From: Brevibacterium luteolum
Lineage (GTDB): Bacteria; Actinomycetota; Actinomycetes; Actinomycetales; Brevibacteriaceae
NCBI RefSeq assembly: GCF_013004595.1
Contig: NZ_JABEMC010000010.1
Coordinates: 1 to 64,000 of the forward strand
Direction: 5' to 3'
DNA: 64,000 nucleotides
A model generated the notes under the pieces. That model worked only from the letters and a program-made list of their open reading frames with translations, ran no database searches and was not told the DNA's origin. The stretch's first letter is position 1; each line of letters opens with the position of its first letter. Of the stretch, positions 19,287 to 30,544 are shown piece by piece. The position numbers and the translations under genes are program-made.

Positions 19287-20510
19287 ATGACCGCCCAGAG
19301 TGAGCCGTTTCGCACCAGCCGAGGCCTTGATGCGCTCGCGCTGGTCTGCCTCGTGCTCATCGCCGCGAGTCTGCGTCCAGCGGCCACCTCGCTGGGCCCG
19401 GTGCTGGCCGAGGTCACCGACGCCTTCGGCCTGACGGCCTGGCAGTCCGGGCTGCTCACTGCCTTCCCCGGCCTCGTCTTCGCCGCCTGCGGACTCATCG
19501 CCTTGCCGCTGCTGGAACGGGCAGGCCTGTTCGGGGCGCTGACGATCTCGTGTGCGTGCACGGCCACCGGTGTCATCGCCCGCGCCCTGTCGGACACCTG
19601 GCCGGGTTTCGCGACGCTGACGGTGCTCGCGCTCATCGGCATGGCGCTGGGCAACGTCGTCCTCCTCGTCTACGTCAAGGCCCGCTTCCCGGCCCGCGGC
19701 CAGCTCGCCGCGACCGTCTTCACCGTCTCGCTCGGCCTCGGCGCCACCCTGCCCTCGCTGCTGACCGCCCCGCTGACCGGGCAGGCTGGCACATGGCGGG
19801 TGGGTCTGGGCTTCTGGGCGGTCATCCCCGTCACTGCTCTGCTCGCCTGGCTCGTGCTGCGGGCTGCCGGCTCGGTGCCGCGCCTGGCTGGTCCTCCCGC
19901 TCCCGAGGCGGGCGGCACCCGCGTGCGCAAGCGCATCGTGGCCTCGCCGAAGGCCCGCTGGATGGCGCTGTTCTTCGGCTTCCAGTCCGTCAACGCCTAT
20001 GTGCAGTTCGGGTGGCTGCCCCAGATCTACCGCGACGGCGGCCTCGATGCCGTCGCCGCCGGGATCATGATCGGCATCGTCGCCTTCTCCGGCATCCCCG
20101 GCGGGTTCCTCGCCCCGCAGCTCATCGTCCGCGACATCTACCCACGCGCTTTCATCATCAGCTTCGCCGCCGCCTCGACCGCCGGCTACACCGGCCTGCT
20201 CATCAGCCCCGCTGCCGCACCGGTGATGTGGGCAGTGCTGCTGGCCTACGGCGGCTTCGCCTTCCCTGCCGTGCTCGCGCTCATCACCCGGCGCACGACC
20301 GATGTCACCGTCACCGCCTCGACCTCGGCATTCGTCCAGTCCGGCGGTTACATCCTCGCGGCCGTCTGCCCGATGATCGTCGGTGCGCTGCTCGGTCTGA
20401 CCGGCGGCTGGACGGCCCCGATCGTCTTCATGATCGGCATCAGCGTGCTCATGGGGCTGACCGGCGCACTGGCGGCAGCGCCGGGCAGCGTCGACGAGGA
20501 GCTCGTCTAG
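19287..20510 (+). CDS. MFS transporter, CynX/NimT-like
   Basis: LRPAATSLGPVL, GNVVL, FFGFQS...FGWLP, QSGGYILAA; about 12 TMs. Confidence 0.9.
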   Translation: MTAQSEPFRTSRGLDALALVCLVLIAASLRPAATSLGPVLAEVTDAFGLTAWQSGLLTAFPGLVFAACGLIALPLLERAGLFGALTISCACTATGVIARALSDTWPGFATLTVLALIGMALGNVVLLVYVKARFPARGQLAATVFTVSLGLGATLPSLLTAPLTGQAGTWRVGLGFWAVIPVTALLAWLVLRAAGSVPRLAGPPAPEAGGTRVRKRIVASPKARWMALFFGFQSVNAYVQFGWLPQIYRDGGLDAVAAGIMIGIVAFSGIPGGFLAPQLIVRDIYPRAFIISFAAASTAGYTGLLISPAAAPVMWAVLLAYGGFAFPAVLALITRRTTDVTVTASTSAFVQSGGYILAAVCPMIVGALLGLTGGWTAPIVFMIGISVLMGLTGALAAAPGSVDEELV

Positions 20511-20512
20511 GC

Positions 20513-21682
20513 TCAGATGTCGAGGACGAGCCGGTCGGTCTGGGCACGTGAGACGCAGATCATCATCGTCTCCTGCGCCTCCTTCTCCTCACCGCTGAGC
20601 ACATGATCGCGGTGATCGGCCCGCCCCTGCAGGATCGTCGTCTCACACGTCCCGCACGTGCCCTTCTGACATGAGCTCAGCGTCCGCACCCCGGCAGCAC
20701 CCAGGGCTGCGAGGATCGACTGACCGCAGGCCACCTGCACTTCCGCGCCACTGGTCGTCTCGACGGTGAAGGCGGTATCCGCGCCCGAGGCGCCGGCCGC
20801 TTCGGCCTGACCGCTGCCGGTGGCCTCGACTGCCGGTGGGGCGTCGTCGTCGAAGTCCTCGAAGATCACCTCGATGCCCTCGGCCTCCATCCCGGCGGCG
20901 AGCGCGCGCATGAGCGGAACCGGCCCGCACGTGTAGACGACCGGACCGCACGCGGAGGCGACGGGACTGCCGCCGGTGCCCTCCGCCTCGGGCGCGGTGC
21001 TGCCGGACGGATGCGTGCTGGCGGTGGCGAACCAGTCGCGGGCCAAGGCAACGACATCGGGCCGACCGGTCTCGGCGGTGATGCGCACGTCGACGCACTC
21101 GGAGCCGTGGGAGTCGATGAGGTCGTCGGCGAAGGCCATGAGTTCGTTGCGGCGGCCGACGTAGATGAGGTGCCAGTCGAGGCCGGCGTCCTCGGCGTCG
21201 TGGATCATCGCGGAGATCGGGGTGATGCCGATCCCGCCGGCGACGAACAGCATCGGCGAGCGGCGCTGGTAGCCGAAGGTGTCGCGCGGGCCGCGGATGA
21301 GCAGGCTGGTGCAGTCGGCGAGGTGCTCGTGCAGCCAGTGGGAGCCGCCGCGGCCGGTCGGCTCGTTGAGGATCGCGACCCGCCAGCCGTCGCTGCCATC
21401 GGGTTTCGAGCACAGCGAGTAGTGGCGGATCGCCGGGCCGTCGGGCAGCGGGATCGCGACTTCGAGGTGCGCGCCGGGGGTGAACGCCGGGTCAGCGCCC
21501 AGCGGCGGGGCGAAGGTGATGGACAGGATGCCGCGGGCGACGGTCGTCAGTGATTCGATGCGGGCAGGTCTGAAGCCCTGCCGGATGAGCATGTCGATGT
21601 CCGGTCCGTCGAAGCTCGTGATCGACGGGCTGCCGGCGAGCGGCTGGGCCGGCTCGGTGCTGGTGTCTGCGAGTGCTCTCAC
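20513..21682 (-). CDS. PDR/VanB-family flavin and [2Fe-2S] oxidoreductase
   Basis: RHYSLC, GRGGS, VAGGIGITP, YTCGP, SSCQKGTCGTC...MICVS; GTG start after GGAGG. Confidence 0.92.
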   Translation of the reverse strand: MRALADTSTEPAQPLAGSPSITSFDGPDIDMLIRQGFRPARIESLTTVARGILSITFAPPLGADPAFTPGAHLEVAIPLPDGPAIRHYSLCSKPDGSDGWRVAILNEPTGRGGSHWLHEHLADCTSLLIRGPRDTFGYQRRSPMLFVAGGIGITPISAMIHDAEDAGLDWHLIYVGRRNELMAFADDLIDSHGSECVDVRITAETGRPDVVALARDWFATASTHPSGSTAPEAEGTGGSPVASACGPVVYTCGPVPLMRALAAGMEAEGIEVIFEDFDDDAPPAVEATGSGQAEAAGASGADTAFTVETTSGAEVQVACGQSILAALGAAGVRTLSSCQKGTCGTCETTILQGRADHRDHVLSGEEKEAQETMMICVSRAQTDRLVLDI

Positions 21683-21862
21683 GCCTGTCCCCTCCTGCCG
21701 GCCGGCGGTCGCGGCGGCATCTGTGATCTGCCTCTCGGTGCTGTACATTCTCAGCGATCCGCGCCCGCGGAGGCGACGCCGGTTCCCGAGCGCTGAGAAA
21801 CTCCCACCCACCCGCATCCGAGCCCCGTTCCCTGGCGCCGATCGCGCTGTTACCGTGGCGGC

Positions 21863-22918
21863 ATGACCACACCCGATGCCGCCCGCCCAGCTGTCACCGC
21901 GCTGCTGTCCACCGACCGTCCGCTCGTCGGCGCCCCGATGGCCGGCGGTGCCACCACACCCCGGTTGGCGGCGACGATCGCTGCCGCAGGCGGGTTCCCG
22001 TTCCTGGCCGGCGGCTACCTCACCGCCGAGGCCCTGACCGTCCAGATCGATGAGTTCCGGCAGCTGGCCGGTGATGTGTCCTTCGGCGTCAATCTCTTCG
22101 TGCCCGGGCAGGCTGTCGTTGATGAGACTGCGTTTGCCGCCTATGCCGACCGGCTCGCCCCGCTGGCCGATGCGCTCGACGCGCCGATCAGCGTCCGCCC
22201 GGTGATGGACGATGACCATTTCGAGGAGAAGCTCCAGGCGCTGCTGGCCGACCCGGTTCCGGTGGTCTCGCTGACGTTCGGGCTCCCCGCCCCCGAGGCG
22301 GTTGCGCGTCTGCATGCGGTCGGCACCTGCGTGCTCGCCACGGTGACGGACGCGCCTGAGGCCGAGGCGGCGGCCGGGATCGGCTGCGATGGTCTCGTCG
22401 TGCAGGGCAGCCGGGCTGGCGGGCATGCCGGCACACATGATCCGCTGCAGGCGGTGGCCGAGGTTGAGACCGCTGATCTGGTGCGCGAGGTGCGTGAGCG
22501 GGTGGATCTGCCGGTCATCGCCGCTGGTGGTGTCGACGGTCCCGAGGCGGTGGCCGCCCTGCTCGAGGCCGGTGCCCTGGCCGTGCAGGTCGGCACGCTG
22601 CTGCTGCGCACGCATGAGGCCGGCACCTCGGCGGTGCACCGGCAGGCACTCGCCGACCCAGACTTCACCCAGACCGCACTGACCCGGGCGTTCACCGGGC
22701 GGCTGGCTCGGGGTCTGCGCAACCGGTTCATCGACGACTACGCCGCTTCTGCTCCGCCTGCCTATCCGCAGGTCCATCACCTGACCAAGCCCATCCGCAC
22801 CGCGGCGGCGAAGGCAGGCCAGCCCGATTGGGTGCACCTGTGGGCCGGGACGGGCTGGCAGTCGACGCGCGAGGAGCCGGCTGCTGAGACGCTCGCCCGG
22901 TTGACCCCGCCGCGCTGA
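21863..22918 (+). CDS. Nitronate monooxygenase family protein
   Basis: GAPMAGG, QGSRAGGH, VIAAGG, TRAFTGRLARGLRN, LWAG. Confidence 0.9.
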   Translation: MTTPDAARPAVTALLSTDRPLVGAPMAGGATTPRLAATIAAAGGFPFLAGGYLTAEALTVQIDEFRQLAGDVSFGVNLFVPGQAVVDETAFAAYADRLAPLADALDAPISVRPVMDDDHFEEKLQALLADPVPVVSLTFGLPAPEAVARLHAVGTCVLATVTDAPEAEAAAGIGCDGLVVQGSRAGGHAGTHDPLQAVAEVETADLVREVRERVDLPVIAAGGVDGPEAVAALLEAGALAVQVGTLLLRTHEAGTSAVHRQALADPDFTQTALTRAFTGRLARGLRNRFIDDYAASAPPAYPQVHHLTKPIRTAAAKAGQPDWVHLWAGTGWQSTREEPAAETLARLTPPR

Positions 22919-22921
22919 GGG

Positions 22922-24814
22922 TCACCGTCCGGCGGCGTATCCCTGCATGCCGCGTGAGTTCGCGGCCGCCTGCATGATCCCGGTCTCCGGGTCGCAGGTG
23001 ACGCAGGAGAGCCGACCGAGTGACCAGTCCCCTGCCCGGGAGACGTCGTGGCCGCGGGCGATGAGCCCGGCGATGACCTCATCGCCGAGCCGGTCCTCAA
23101 CCACAACGCCGCCGGGAGTCCAGGTGCGCGGCCAGAACGAGCCCGGCAGCGCGGTCGTGTGGAACGCCGGTGCGTCAATCGCCTGCTGCGGGGTGTAGCC
23201 GCCGACGAGCATCCGCAGGATCGCCAGCAGCTGCCACTGATCCTGCTGATCCCCGCCCGGCGTGCCGATGGCGATCACCGGTGTGCCGCCACGGCTGATG
23301 AGCGTCGGGGTGAGCGTCGTACGCGGGCGCTTGCCGGCGGCCAGCCGGGAGGGGGAGTCCTCATCGAGCCACATCATCTGCAGACGGGTGCCGAGGCAGA
23401 AGCCGAGGGCTGGGATGAGCGGGGAGGACTGCAGCCAGCCACCGGACGGGGTGGCGGAGATGATGTTGCCCCACCGATCGATGACATCGAGATGACAGGT
23501 GTCGCCGCGCACCGCACGCGGGGTGGCGTTCGTCTGCATCGTCGGCTCACCGGCACCGGCTGCCGAACCGACAGAGGCTCCCGCATCGGCACCGACCGCC
23601 TGGGCCGGCAGCTCGAACTCATCACCGGTCACCAGCGGCGGCACGAAACCAGGCTCGCTTGCGTCGCGGAGCCCGGGCCGGAAGTCGAGGGAGGCCCACT
23701 CGCTGATGAGCTCGCGCCGGCTGGCCGCGTACTCCTCACTCAGCAGAGTCTCCAGATCGACCTCTCCGTGACCGTAGTGGGTATCGCGGTCGGCGAGCGC
23801 GAGCTTGAGAGCTTCGAGGATCGTGTGCGCGCCGCGCTCGGTCGACGGGTCGAGGTCCGCGTCTTCGAAGCCGTCGAGGATCCGCAGGGTCTGCAGCAGC
23901 ACCGGGCCCTGCCCCCACGGGCCGGTCTTGGCGATCGTGTGGCCGCGGAACTCGATCGACACCGGCTCCTCGTACCCGGCTGAGAACCCGGCCGTGTCCT
24001 CGACGGTGAGCACCCCGGCGTGCATGGTGCCACTTGAGTGCATGTGCGGTTCGCGGATGAACGCGGCGGCTTCTTCGGCGACGAAGCCCTCGCGCCACTC
24101 CCGCCTGACCGCCTCGATCCGGGCGACCCGCACGTCGCGATCAGCCCCACCGTCCCCGGCAGCCCCGCTATCCCCAGCCGGCCCGGCCTCATCGCCAGCC
24201 GCCAGCAGCCGCCTGAGCGTGCCCGCATACCCGGGCATCCTCACAAGATCACCGGGCTCGGGCACCTGACCGCCGGGCAGCCATTGCGCGGCTGAACTGG
24301 GCCAGTGCGCCCGGAACGTCTCAGCTGCCGCAGCGACCGCAGCACAGGTGCCGGCGTGGATCGGGTGGCCGTTCTCGGCGTAGCCGATCGCGTATGCGAG
24401 GACATCGGCGATGTCCCAGCTGCCGTGATCGCGCAGCAGCACCAGCCACGCATCGACCGCACCCGGTACGGCCGCAGCCAGCGCTCCGGCACCAGGGACC
24501 ATGTCGAGGCCCTCGGCACGGAAGTGCTCGATCGTCGCCCCGGCCGGGGCTGGGCCCTGACCCATGAGCACCTGCGGCACCGGCGCCTCGGCGGTGGCGA
24601 ACAGGCCGGTCATATCCCCGCCGGGGCCGTTGAGGTGGGGTTCGACGACGTGGAGGACGAACCCGGCCGCGACCGCTGCGTCGAAGGCGTTGCCGCCGCG
24701 TTCGAGGACCGCCTGCGCGGTCTGGGTGGCCAGCCAGTGGGTTGAGGCGCTCATGCCGAAGGTGCCCTGCAGCGTGGGGCGGGTGGTGGGATCCGGCGGT
24801 GGGGTGAACGTCAC
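22922..24814 (-). CDS. Gamma-glutamyltransferase family protein
   Basis: GGNAFDAAVAAGF, GDTCH (nucleophile Thr), GKRPRTTLTP, GTPGGDQQDQ. Confidence 0.92.
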   Translation of the reverse strand: MTFTPPPDPTTRPTLQGTFGMSASTHWLATQTAQAVLERGGNAFDAAVAAGFVLHVVEPHLNGPGGDMTGLFATAEAPVPQVLMGQGPAPAGATIEHFRAEGLDMVPGAGALAAAVPGAVDAWLVLLRDHGSWDIADVLAYAIGYAENGHPIHAGTCAAVAAAAETFRAHWPSSAAQWLPGGQVPEPGDLVRMPGYAGTLRRLLAAGDEAGPAGDSGAAGDGGADRDVRVARIEAVRREWREGFVAEEAAAFIREPHMHSSGTMHAGVLTVEDTAGFSAGYEEPVSIEFRGHTIAKTGPWGQGPVLLQTLRILDGFEDADLDPSTERGAHTILEALKLALADRDTHYGHGEVDLETLLSEEYAASRRELISEWASLDFRPGLRDASEPGFVPPLVTGDEFELPAQAVGADAGASVGSAAGAGEPTMQTNATPRAVRGDTCHLDVIDRWGNIISATPSGGWLQSSPLIPALGFCLGTRLQMMWLDEDSPSRLAAGKRPRTTLTPTLISRGGTPVIAIGTPGGDQQDQWQLLAILRMLVGGYTPQQAIDAPAFHTTALPGSFWPRTWTPGGVVVEDRLGDEVIAGLIARGHDVSRAGDWSLGRLSCVTCDPETGIMQAAANSRGMQGYAAGR

Positions 24815-24924
24815 GGCAGCTCCTTCGCATCGGCTGCCTTCAGCCTACCGGTCACGCAGCCGCACCGCGCCCGAGGCGCTGGCCACCTGAAGAGACGGCG
24901 AGCGGACCGCCCCTTCTGTGCTAT

Positions 24925-24940
24925 GTTCGTGGATACGAAC
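24925..24940. promoter_or_regulatory. Palindromic operator upstream of nrdI-nrdF (MntR/DtxR-family candidate)
   Basis: GTTCGT-GGAT-ACGAAC perfect inverted repeat, 37 nt upstream of the nrdI start. Confidence 0.5.
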
Positions 24941-24976
24941 TTCATTCTTCGCTATCACTAACTGCAGGAGGTTGCG

Positions 24977-26538
<1,562 letters not shown>

Positions 26539-26596
26539 CGACCGGCCGGGGCCGGATGGTCGGAACTCCGCCACCTGGTCCCAGCCATCTGCTGGT

Positions 26597-26812
26597 TCAG
26601 TGCTTCTCGACAGCTTTCCAGCCGAGCAGCGCGCCGCCGATGAGCCCCAGCACGCCGAGCGCGATCATCGTGTACTGAACAGGTGAACCGGCGAAGGGGG
26701 AATTGAAGCTCGTGCCGACCGTCCACCCGAGCACCAGGAGGAGACCGACGACGACGAGCACAGCACCGATGATCATTCTGCGCCGGTGGATGCGGACGTG
26801 CTTCTCAGCCAT
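26597..26812 (-). CDS. Small two-TM membrane protein
   Basis: 71 aa with two hydrophobic segments. Confidence 0.6.
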   Translation of the reverse strand: MAEKHVRIHRRRMIIGAVLVVVGLLLVLGWTVGTSFNSPFAGSPVQYTMIALGVLGLIGGALLGWKAVEKH

Positions 26813-26984
26813 GAGGCAGTACCCGTTTCTGTCGAGGATCCGGCGGCACCGGAAGCGTGTCCGGCTCAGCGTACGGCACGTGCCTGGCAATTCACCCGGG
26901 AATACCCGCCACGCCTGCGTCGTTGCCCAGTGCAGGAGAACCGCCGGCCGCATCCCGTCCAGCGGCCGGAGAACAGGAGCCCCC

Positions 26985-27689
26985 GTGACCAGCCCCTCCG
27001 CTGACAGCCACAGCAATCCGCTCGCCGCCCTGCAGCGCCGTGCCCGCAACGGCCTCGTCATCCAGGGTGTGCTCGCCCTGCTCATCGGGGTCATCATGGT
27101 CGTCTGGCCGGGCGCGAGCCTGCAGGTCTTCGCCTGGCTGATGGCCGCTTGGCTCATCGTCAACGGCATCCTGGGACTCGGTGCCTGGCTGCGCGGACGC
27201 ACCACCGGCGGCCGCGGCGGCGGGGCGCTGGCCTTTGCCGGCATCCTCTCCCTCGTCCTCGGCATCATCGTGCTGCTGCTGCCGGAGACCGCCGTGTTCG
27301 CGATCGTGCTGTTCATCGCCTTCTGGGCGCTGGTGCTCGGCCTCATGCAGGTCTTCGGCGCGTTTGCCTTCCGCCGCATGGGCGCGCGCAGCTGGTGGAT
27401 CATGCTCATCAGCGGCATCGCCGGTGTGGCGATCGGCTTGCTGCTCGTCATCAATCCCGCGGCCGGCGCGGTCTCGCTGCTGTGGCTCATCGCCGCGTTC
27501 CTCATGCTCGCCGGCGTCATCGCGATCGTGCTCGGCCTCCGCATCGGCCGTGCCACCCTGCCGAGTGCCCCGGCCGGCTTCGGCCGCACCGGATTCGGAC
27601 CGGCCGGCCACGGCGGCCCCGTCGTGGAGTCCGAGACCGTCGACAATCCCGACGAGGACGACCCGGGCCAGCCGCCCCAGCTGCGGTGA
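26985..27689 (+). CDS. HdeD/DUF308-family membrane protein
   Basis: Repeated GVLALLIGVIMVVWP / GILSLVLGIIVLLLP units; GTG start after AGGAG. Confidence 0.85.
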   Translation: MTSPSADSHSNPLAALQRRARNGLVIQGVLALLIGVIMVVWPGASLQVFAWLMAAWLIVNGILGLGAWLRGRTTGGRGGGALAFAGILSLVLGIIVLLLPETAVFAIVLFIAFWALVLGLMQVFGAFAFRRMGARSWWIMLISGIAGVAIGLLLVINPAAGAVSLLWLIAAFLMLAGVIAIVLGLRIGRATLPSAPAGFGRTGFGPAGHGGPVVESETVDNPDEDDPGQPPQLR

Positions 27690-27712
27690 CGACCGCCTCG
27701 GGACCGGACACC

Positions 27713-27750
27713 ACAGCGCCGCCGCAGGATCGCTCCTGCGGCGGCGCTGT
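27713..27750. terminator. Hairpin between convergent genes
   Basis: ACAGCGCCGCCGCAGGA-TCGC-TCCTGCGGCGGCGCTGT, perfect 17-bp stem. Confidence 0.8.
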
Positions 27751-27762
27751 CGTCTGCAGGTA

Positions 27763-29370
27763 TCAGTCCCGGCCGGGATCCGTGCCCGAGGCGGTGGTTC
27801 CGGCCGCACTGGCCCCCGGTCCCGAGGTGCCGGTGACCCCGGTGCCGGTGCCGTTGCGTCCGTTGCGGGCTTCGTAGGCGGCATCATCAGCGGCATCGTG
27901 GTCGCGCACGATCTGCTCAGCCGACTCGTCGGTGCCCTTGCGCGACTGGTGCATGAACCGGTCGGAGCGCTCGGGGTCCGGCTTCGTCATGAGCGAGACC
28001 GCGACGTAGAAGATGAGGCTGAGGCCGAGTCCGATGAAGATGCGGGTCGGGCCGTCGTTGGGCCAGAAGTACGGCAGCGGCAGGCCCAGTTCGACGAGGA
28101 AGCCGTAGATCGTGAAGCCGGAGCCTGCGATGATGCCGGCGACTGCGCCCTTCTGGTTCGCACGACGCCAGAACAGACCGAGGATCATCGGGAAGAACAT
28201 GCCGGCGGCCAGGATCTCGCTGGCCAGGCCGAGCAGGATGAGCGCTTCGGGCAGCCGGATGGCGATGAGGAACCCGAGGACCGAGGCGATGAGCGTGCCG
28301 ATCATGCCCACGCGCACCTTCTGCTTGTCAGAGACCCGATTGCGTTTGATCTTCGTGTACAGCTCGGTCATGTACAGCGAGGACAGGTTGAGCGTCGTGC
28401 AGATCGTCGACATGATCGCTGCGGCGATGCCGATGAAGACGAGCACACCGAAGATCGGCCAGAACCGCTCACCGGCCAGGGTGGCGACGACGCCGTTCTC
28501 CGGGACGGTGGGGAACACGCCGATCGAGGCGATGCCGGCGGCGACGACGAGGAAGTACAGCGGAATGAAGTACGACAGCGCGTAGCTGGCGGTCTTGCGG
28601 GCGTCACGCGGGGTGCGGCCGGCCTGCATGCGCTGCCAGGCTGCGCCCTCGATGAGGAAGGCGAGCGCGAAGCTGACGACGAAGGCGATGTTCGGGGTGA
28701 AGCCGGCGAACAGGTTGAAGTAGTCATCGGGCCGTTCGGTCGTCGCCCGCTCCATGACCGGTTCGAAGCCGCCGGAGAGGATGAGTGCACCGACGAGTGT
28801 GATGAGCAGGCCGAGCAGCAGCAGACCGAACTGGATCGTCTCGGTCAGCACGACGGCGCGGAAGCCGCCGATGGTGGCGTAGAAGATTGCGACGACGATG
28901 CCGATGAGCACGGCGAGGACGAAGTTGATCCCGAAGAACGCGGCGAAGAACTTGCCCAGCGCCACCATCTGGGAGGCGCCCCAGACGACCATGTAGATGC
29001 CCATGACGAGTGAGAGCAGCGTGCCGGTCAGGCGCCCGTAGCGCATGTTCATGACGCCGTCTTGGCTCAGCACGCCGATGCGGCGGATGATCGGGCCGAT
29101 GAAGATGAGGGCGACGACTGCGATGACCGTCGGTCCGCCGAGCACCCACCAGGAGCCCATGCCCTGCTCGTTGGCGGCATCGATCGAGATGAGGGCGGAG
29201 TTGCCGCCGTACCAGGAGGCGGCGAAGGCCATAGCGAGCATCCAGGCGGGCATGGTCCGCCCGCCGAGGAAGTAGTCCGTGCCGGAGTCGGCGCGCCGGC
29301 GGTAGAACGACAAGGCGATGAGCACGCCGAAGTAGGCGAGCAGTGCGAGGACGAACCAGAGCGGATTCAT
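27763..29370 (-). CDS. Sodium:solute symporter (SSS) family protein
   Basis: DYFLGGR, YATIGGFRAVVLTE, WQRMQA, AAIMST, LGLFWRRAN. Confidence 0.92.
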   Translation of the reverse strand: MNPLWFVLALLAYFGVLIALSFYRRRADSGTDYFLGGRTMPAWMLAMAFAASWYGGNSALISIDAANEQGMGSWWVLGGPTVIAVVALIFIGPIIRRIGVLSQDGVMNMRYGRLTGTLLSLVMGIYMVVWGASQMVALGKFFAAFFGINFVLAVLIGIVVAIFYATIGGFRAVVLTETIQFGLLLLGLLITLVGALILSGGFEPVMERATTERPDDYFNLFAGFTPNIAFVVSFALAFLIEGAAWQRMQAGRTPRDARKTASYALSYFIPLYFLVVAAGIASIGVFPTVPENGVVATLAGERFWPIFGVLVFIGIAAAIMSTICTTLNLSSLYMTELYTKIKRNRVSDKQKVRVGMIGTLIASVLGFLIAIRLPEALILLGLASEILAAGMFFPMILGLFWRRANQKGAVAGIIAGSGFTIYGFLVELGLPLPYFWPNDGPTRIFIGLGLSLIFYVAVSLMTKPDPERSDRFMHQSRKGTDESAEQIVRDHDAADDAAYEARNGRNGTGTGVTGTSGPGASAAGTTASGTDPGRD

Positions 29371-29398
29371 CGGGTGTTCCTTTCTTTTCCCGGGCTGG

Positions 29399-30544
29399 CT
29401 ACACTGCCAGGGCCCTGGAGATGATGGTGCGCTGGATCTCCGAGGAGCCCTCGTAGATCCGGTAGATGCGCACGTCGCGCGCATAGCGCTCGAGTGGGAA
29501 GTCGCGGGTGTAGCCGTAGCCGCCGTGGATCTGCAGCGCCTCATCGGTGATGAAGCCGGCTGCCTCACTGGCGACGAGCTTGGCGGTGGCCGATTCGAGG
29601 GTGAAGTCGGCACCGGAATCGCGCACCGCTGCGGCCTCCATCGTCAGCAGCCAGGCGGCACGGTGCTTGGCATGCATGTCGGCGAGTTTGAAGGCGATGC
29701 CCTGCAGCCGGTTGATCGGCTTGCCGCCGATCTTGCGCTCCTTGGCCCAGGCGATCGCAGCATCCAGCGCCGCTCGGCTGATGCCCAAGCTCATGGCGGC
29801 GACTTCGATGCGGCCTCGGTCGAGCACCCGCATCGCGGTGGCGAATCCCTGTCCCTCCTCACCGAGGAGGGCGTCGGCGGGCAGTTCGGCGTCGATGACG
29901 AACTCGTAGATCGGGCTGCCGCGCAGGCCCATCGTCTTCTCCGGCGGGTTGAAGCTGATGGCCTCGCCGAGCTCGCCGGGGCGGACGAGGAAGGCGGAGA
30001 TGCCGCGGTGGGCGGCTTCGGGGTCGGTGATGGCGAAGACGACGATGAAGTCGGCGAAGCCGGCGTTGGTGATGAAGTGCTTGGTGCCCTTGAGCCGCCA
30101 GCCGGTCTCGGTGCGTTCGGCACGGGTCGACATCTCCGCCGGGTTCGATCCGGCGCCCGGTTCGGTCAGTCCGAAGGCGCCGATGAGCTCACCCTCGGCT
30201 GCCGCGGGCAGAATGTCCTGGCGCTGGGCGTCGGTGCCGCCGAGCAGCACGGCGTCGGTGGCCAGATAGTGGGCGGTGATGATCGAGGCGGTCGATCCGC
30301 AGCCTTCGGCCACGGCGGCGACCATGTGGCTCATCGCCACCGACCCCACCCCGGGTCCGCCGTATTCGGCGGGCAGGTTGAGTCCGAGCACCCCGACCTC
30401 GCCGAGGGTGGCGATGACGTCGTCGGAGACGCGTTCGTTCGCATCCGCCTCGGCGGCCTGCGGGGCGAGCACGTCGCGCGAGACTGCGCGTACGGCGTCG
30501 ATGAGCTCCTGTTCGTCAGCGGTGGGTTCGAGGTTCATCCTCAC
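29399..30544 (-). CDS. Acyl-CoA dehydrogenase
   Basis: FGLTEPGAGS, GTKHFITN, QIHGGYGY, RIYEGSSEIQR. Confidence 0.95.
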   Translation of the reverse strand: MRMNLEPTADEQELIDAVRAVSRDVLAPQAAEADANERVSDDVIATLGEVGVLGLNLPAEYGGPGVGSVAMSHMVAAVAEGCGSTASIITAHYLATDAVLLGGTDAQRQDILPAAAEGELIGAFGLTEPGAGSNPAEMSTRAERTETGWRLKGTKHFITNAGFADFIVVFAITDPEAAHRGISAFLVRPGELGEAISFNPPEKTMGLRGSPIYEFVIDAELPADALLGEEGQGFATAMRVLDRGRIEVAAMSLGISRAALDAAIAWAKERKIGGKPINRLQGIAFKLADMHAKHRAAWLLTMEAAAVRDSGADFTLESATAKLVASEAAGFITDEALQIHGGYGYTRDFPLERYARDVRIYRIYEGSSEIQRTIISRALAV

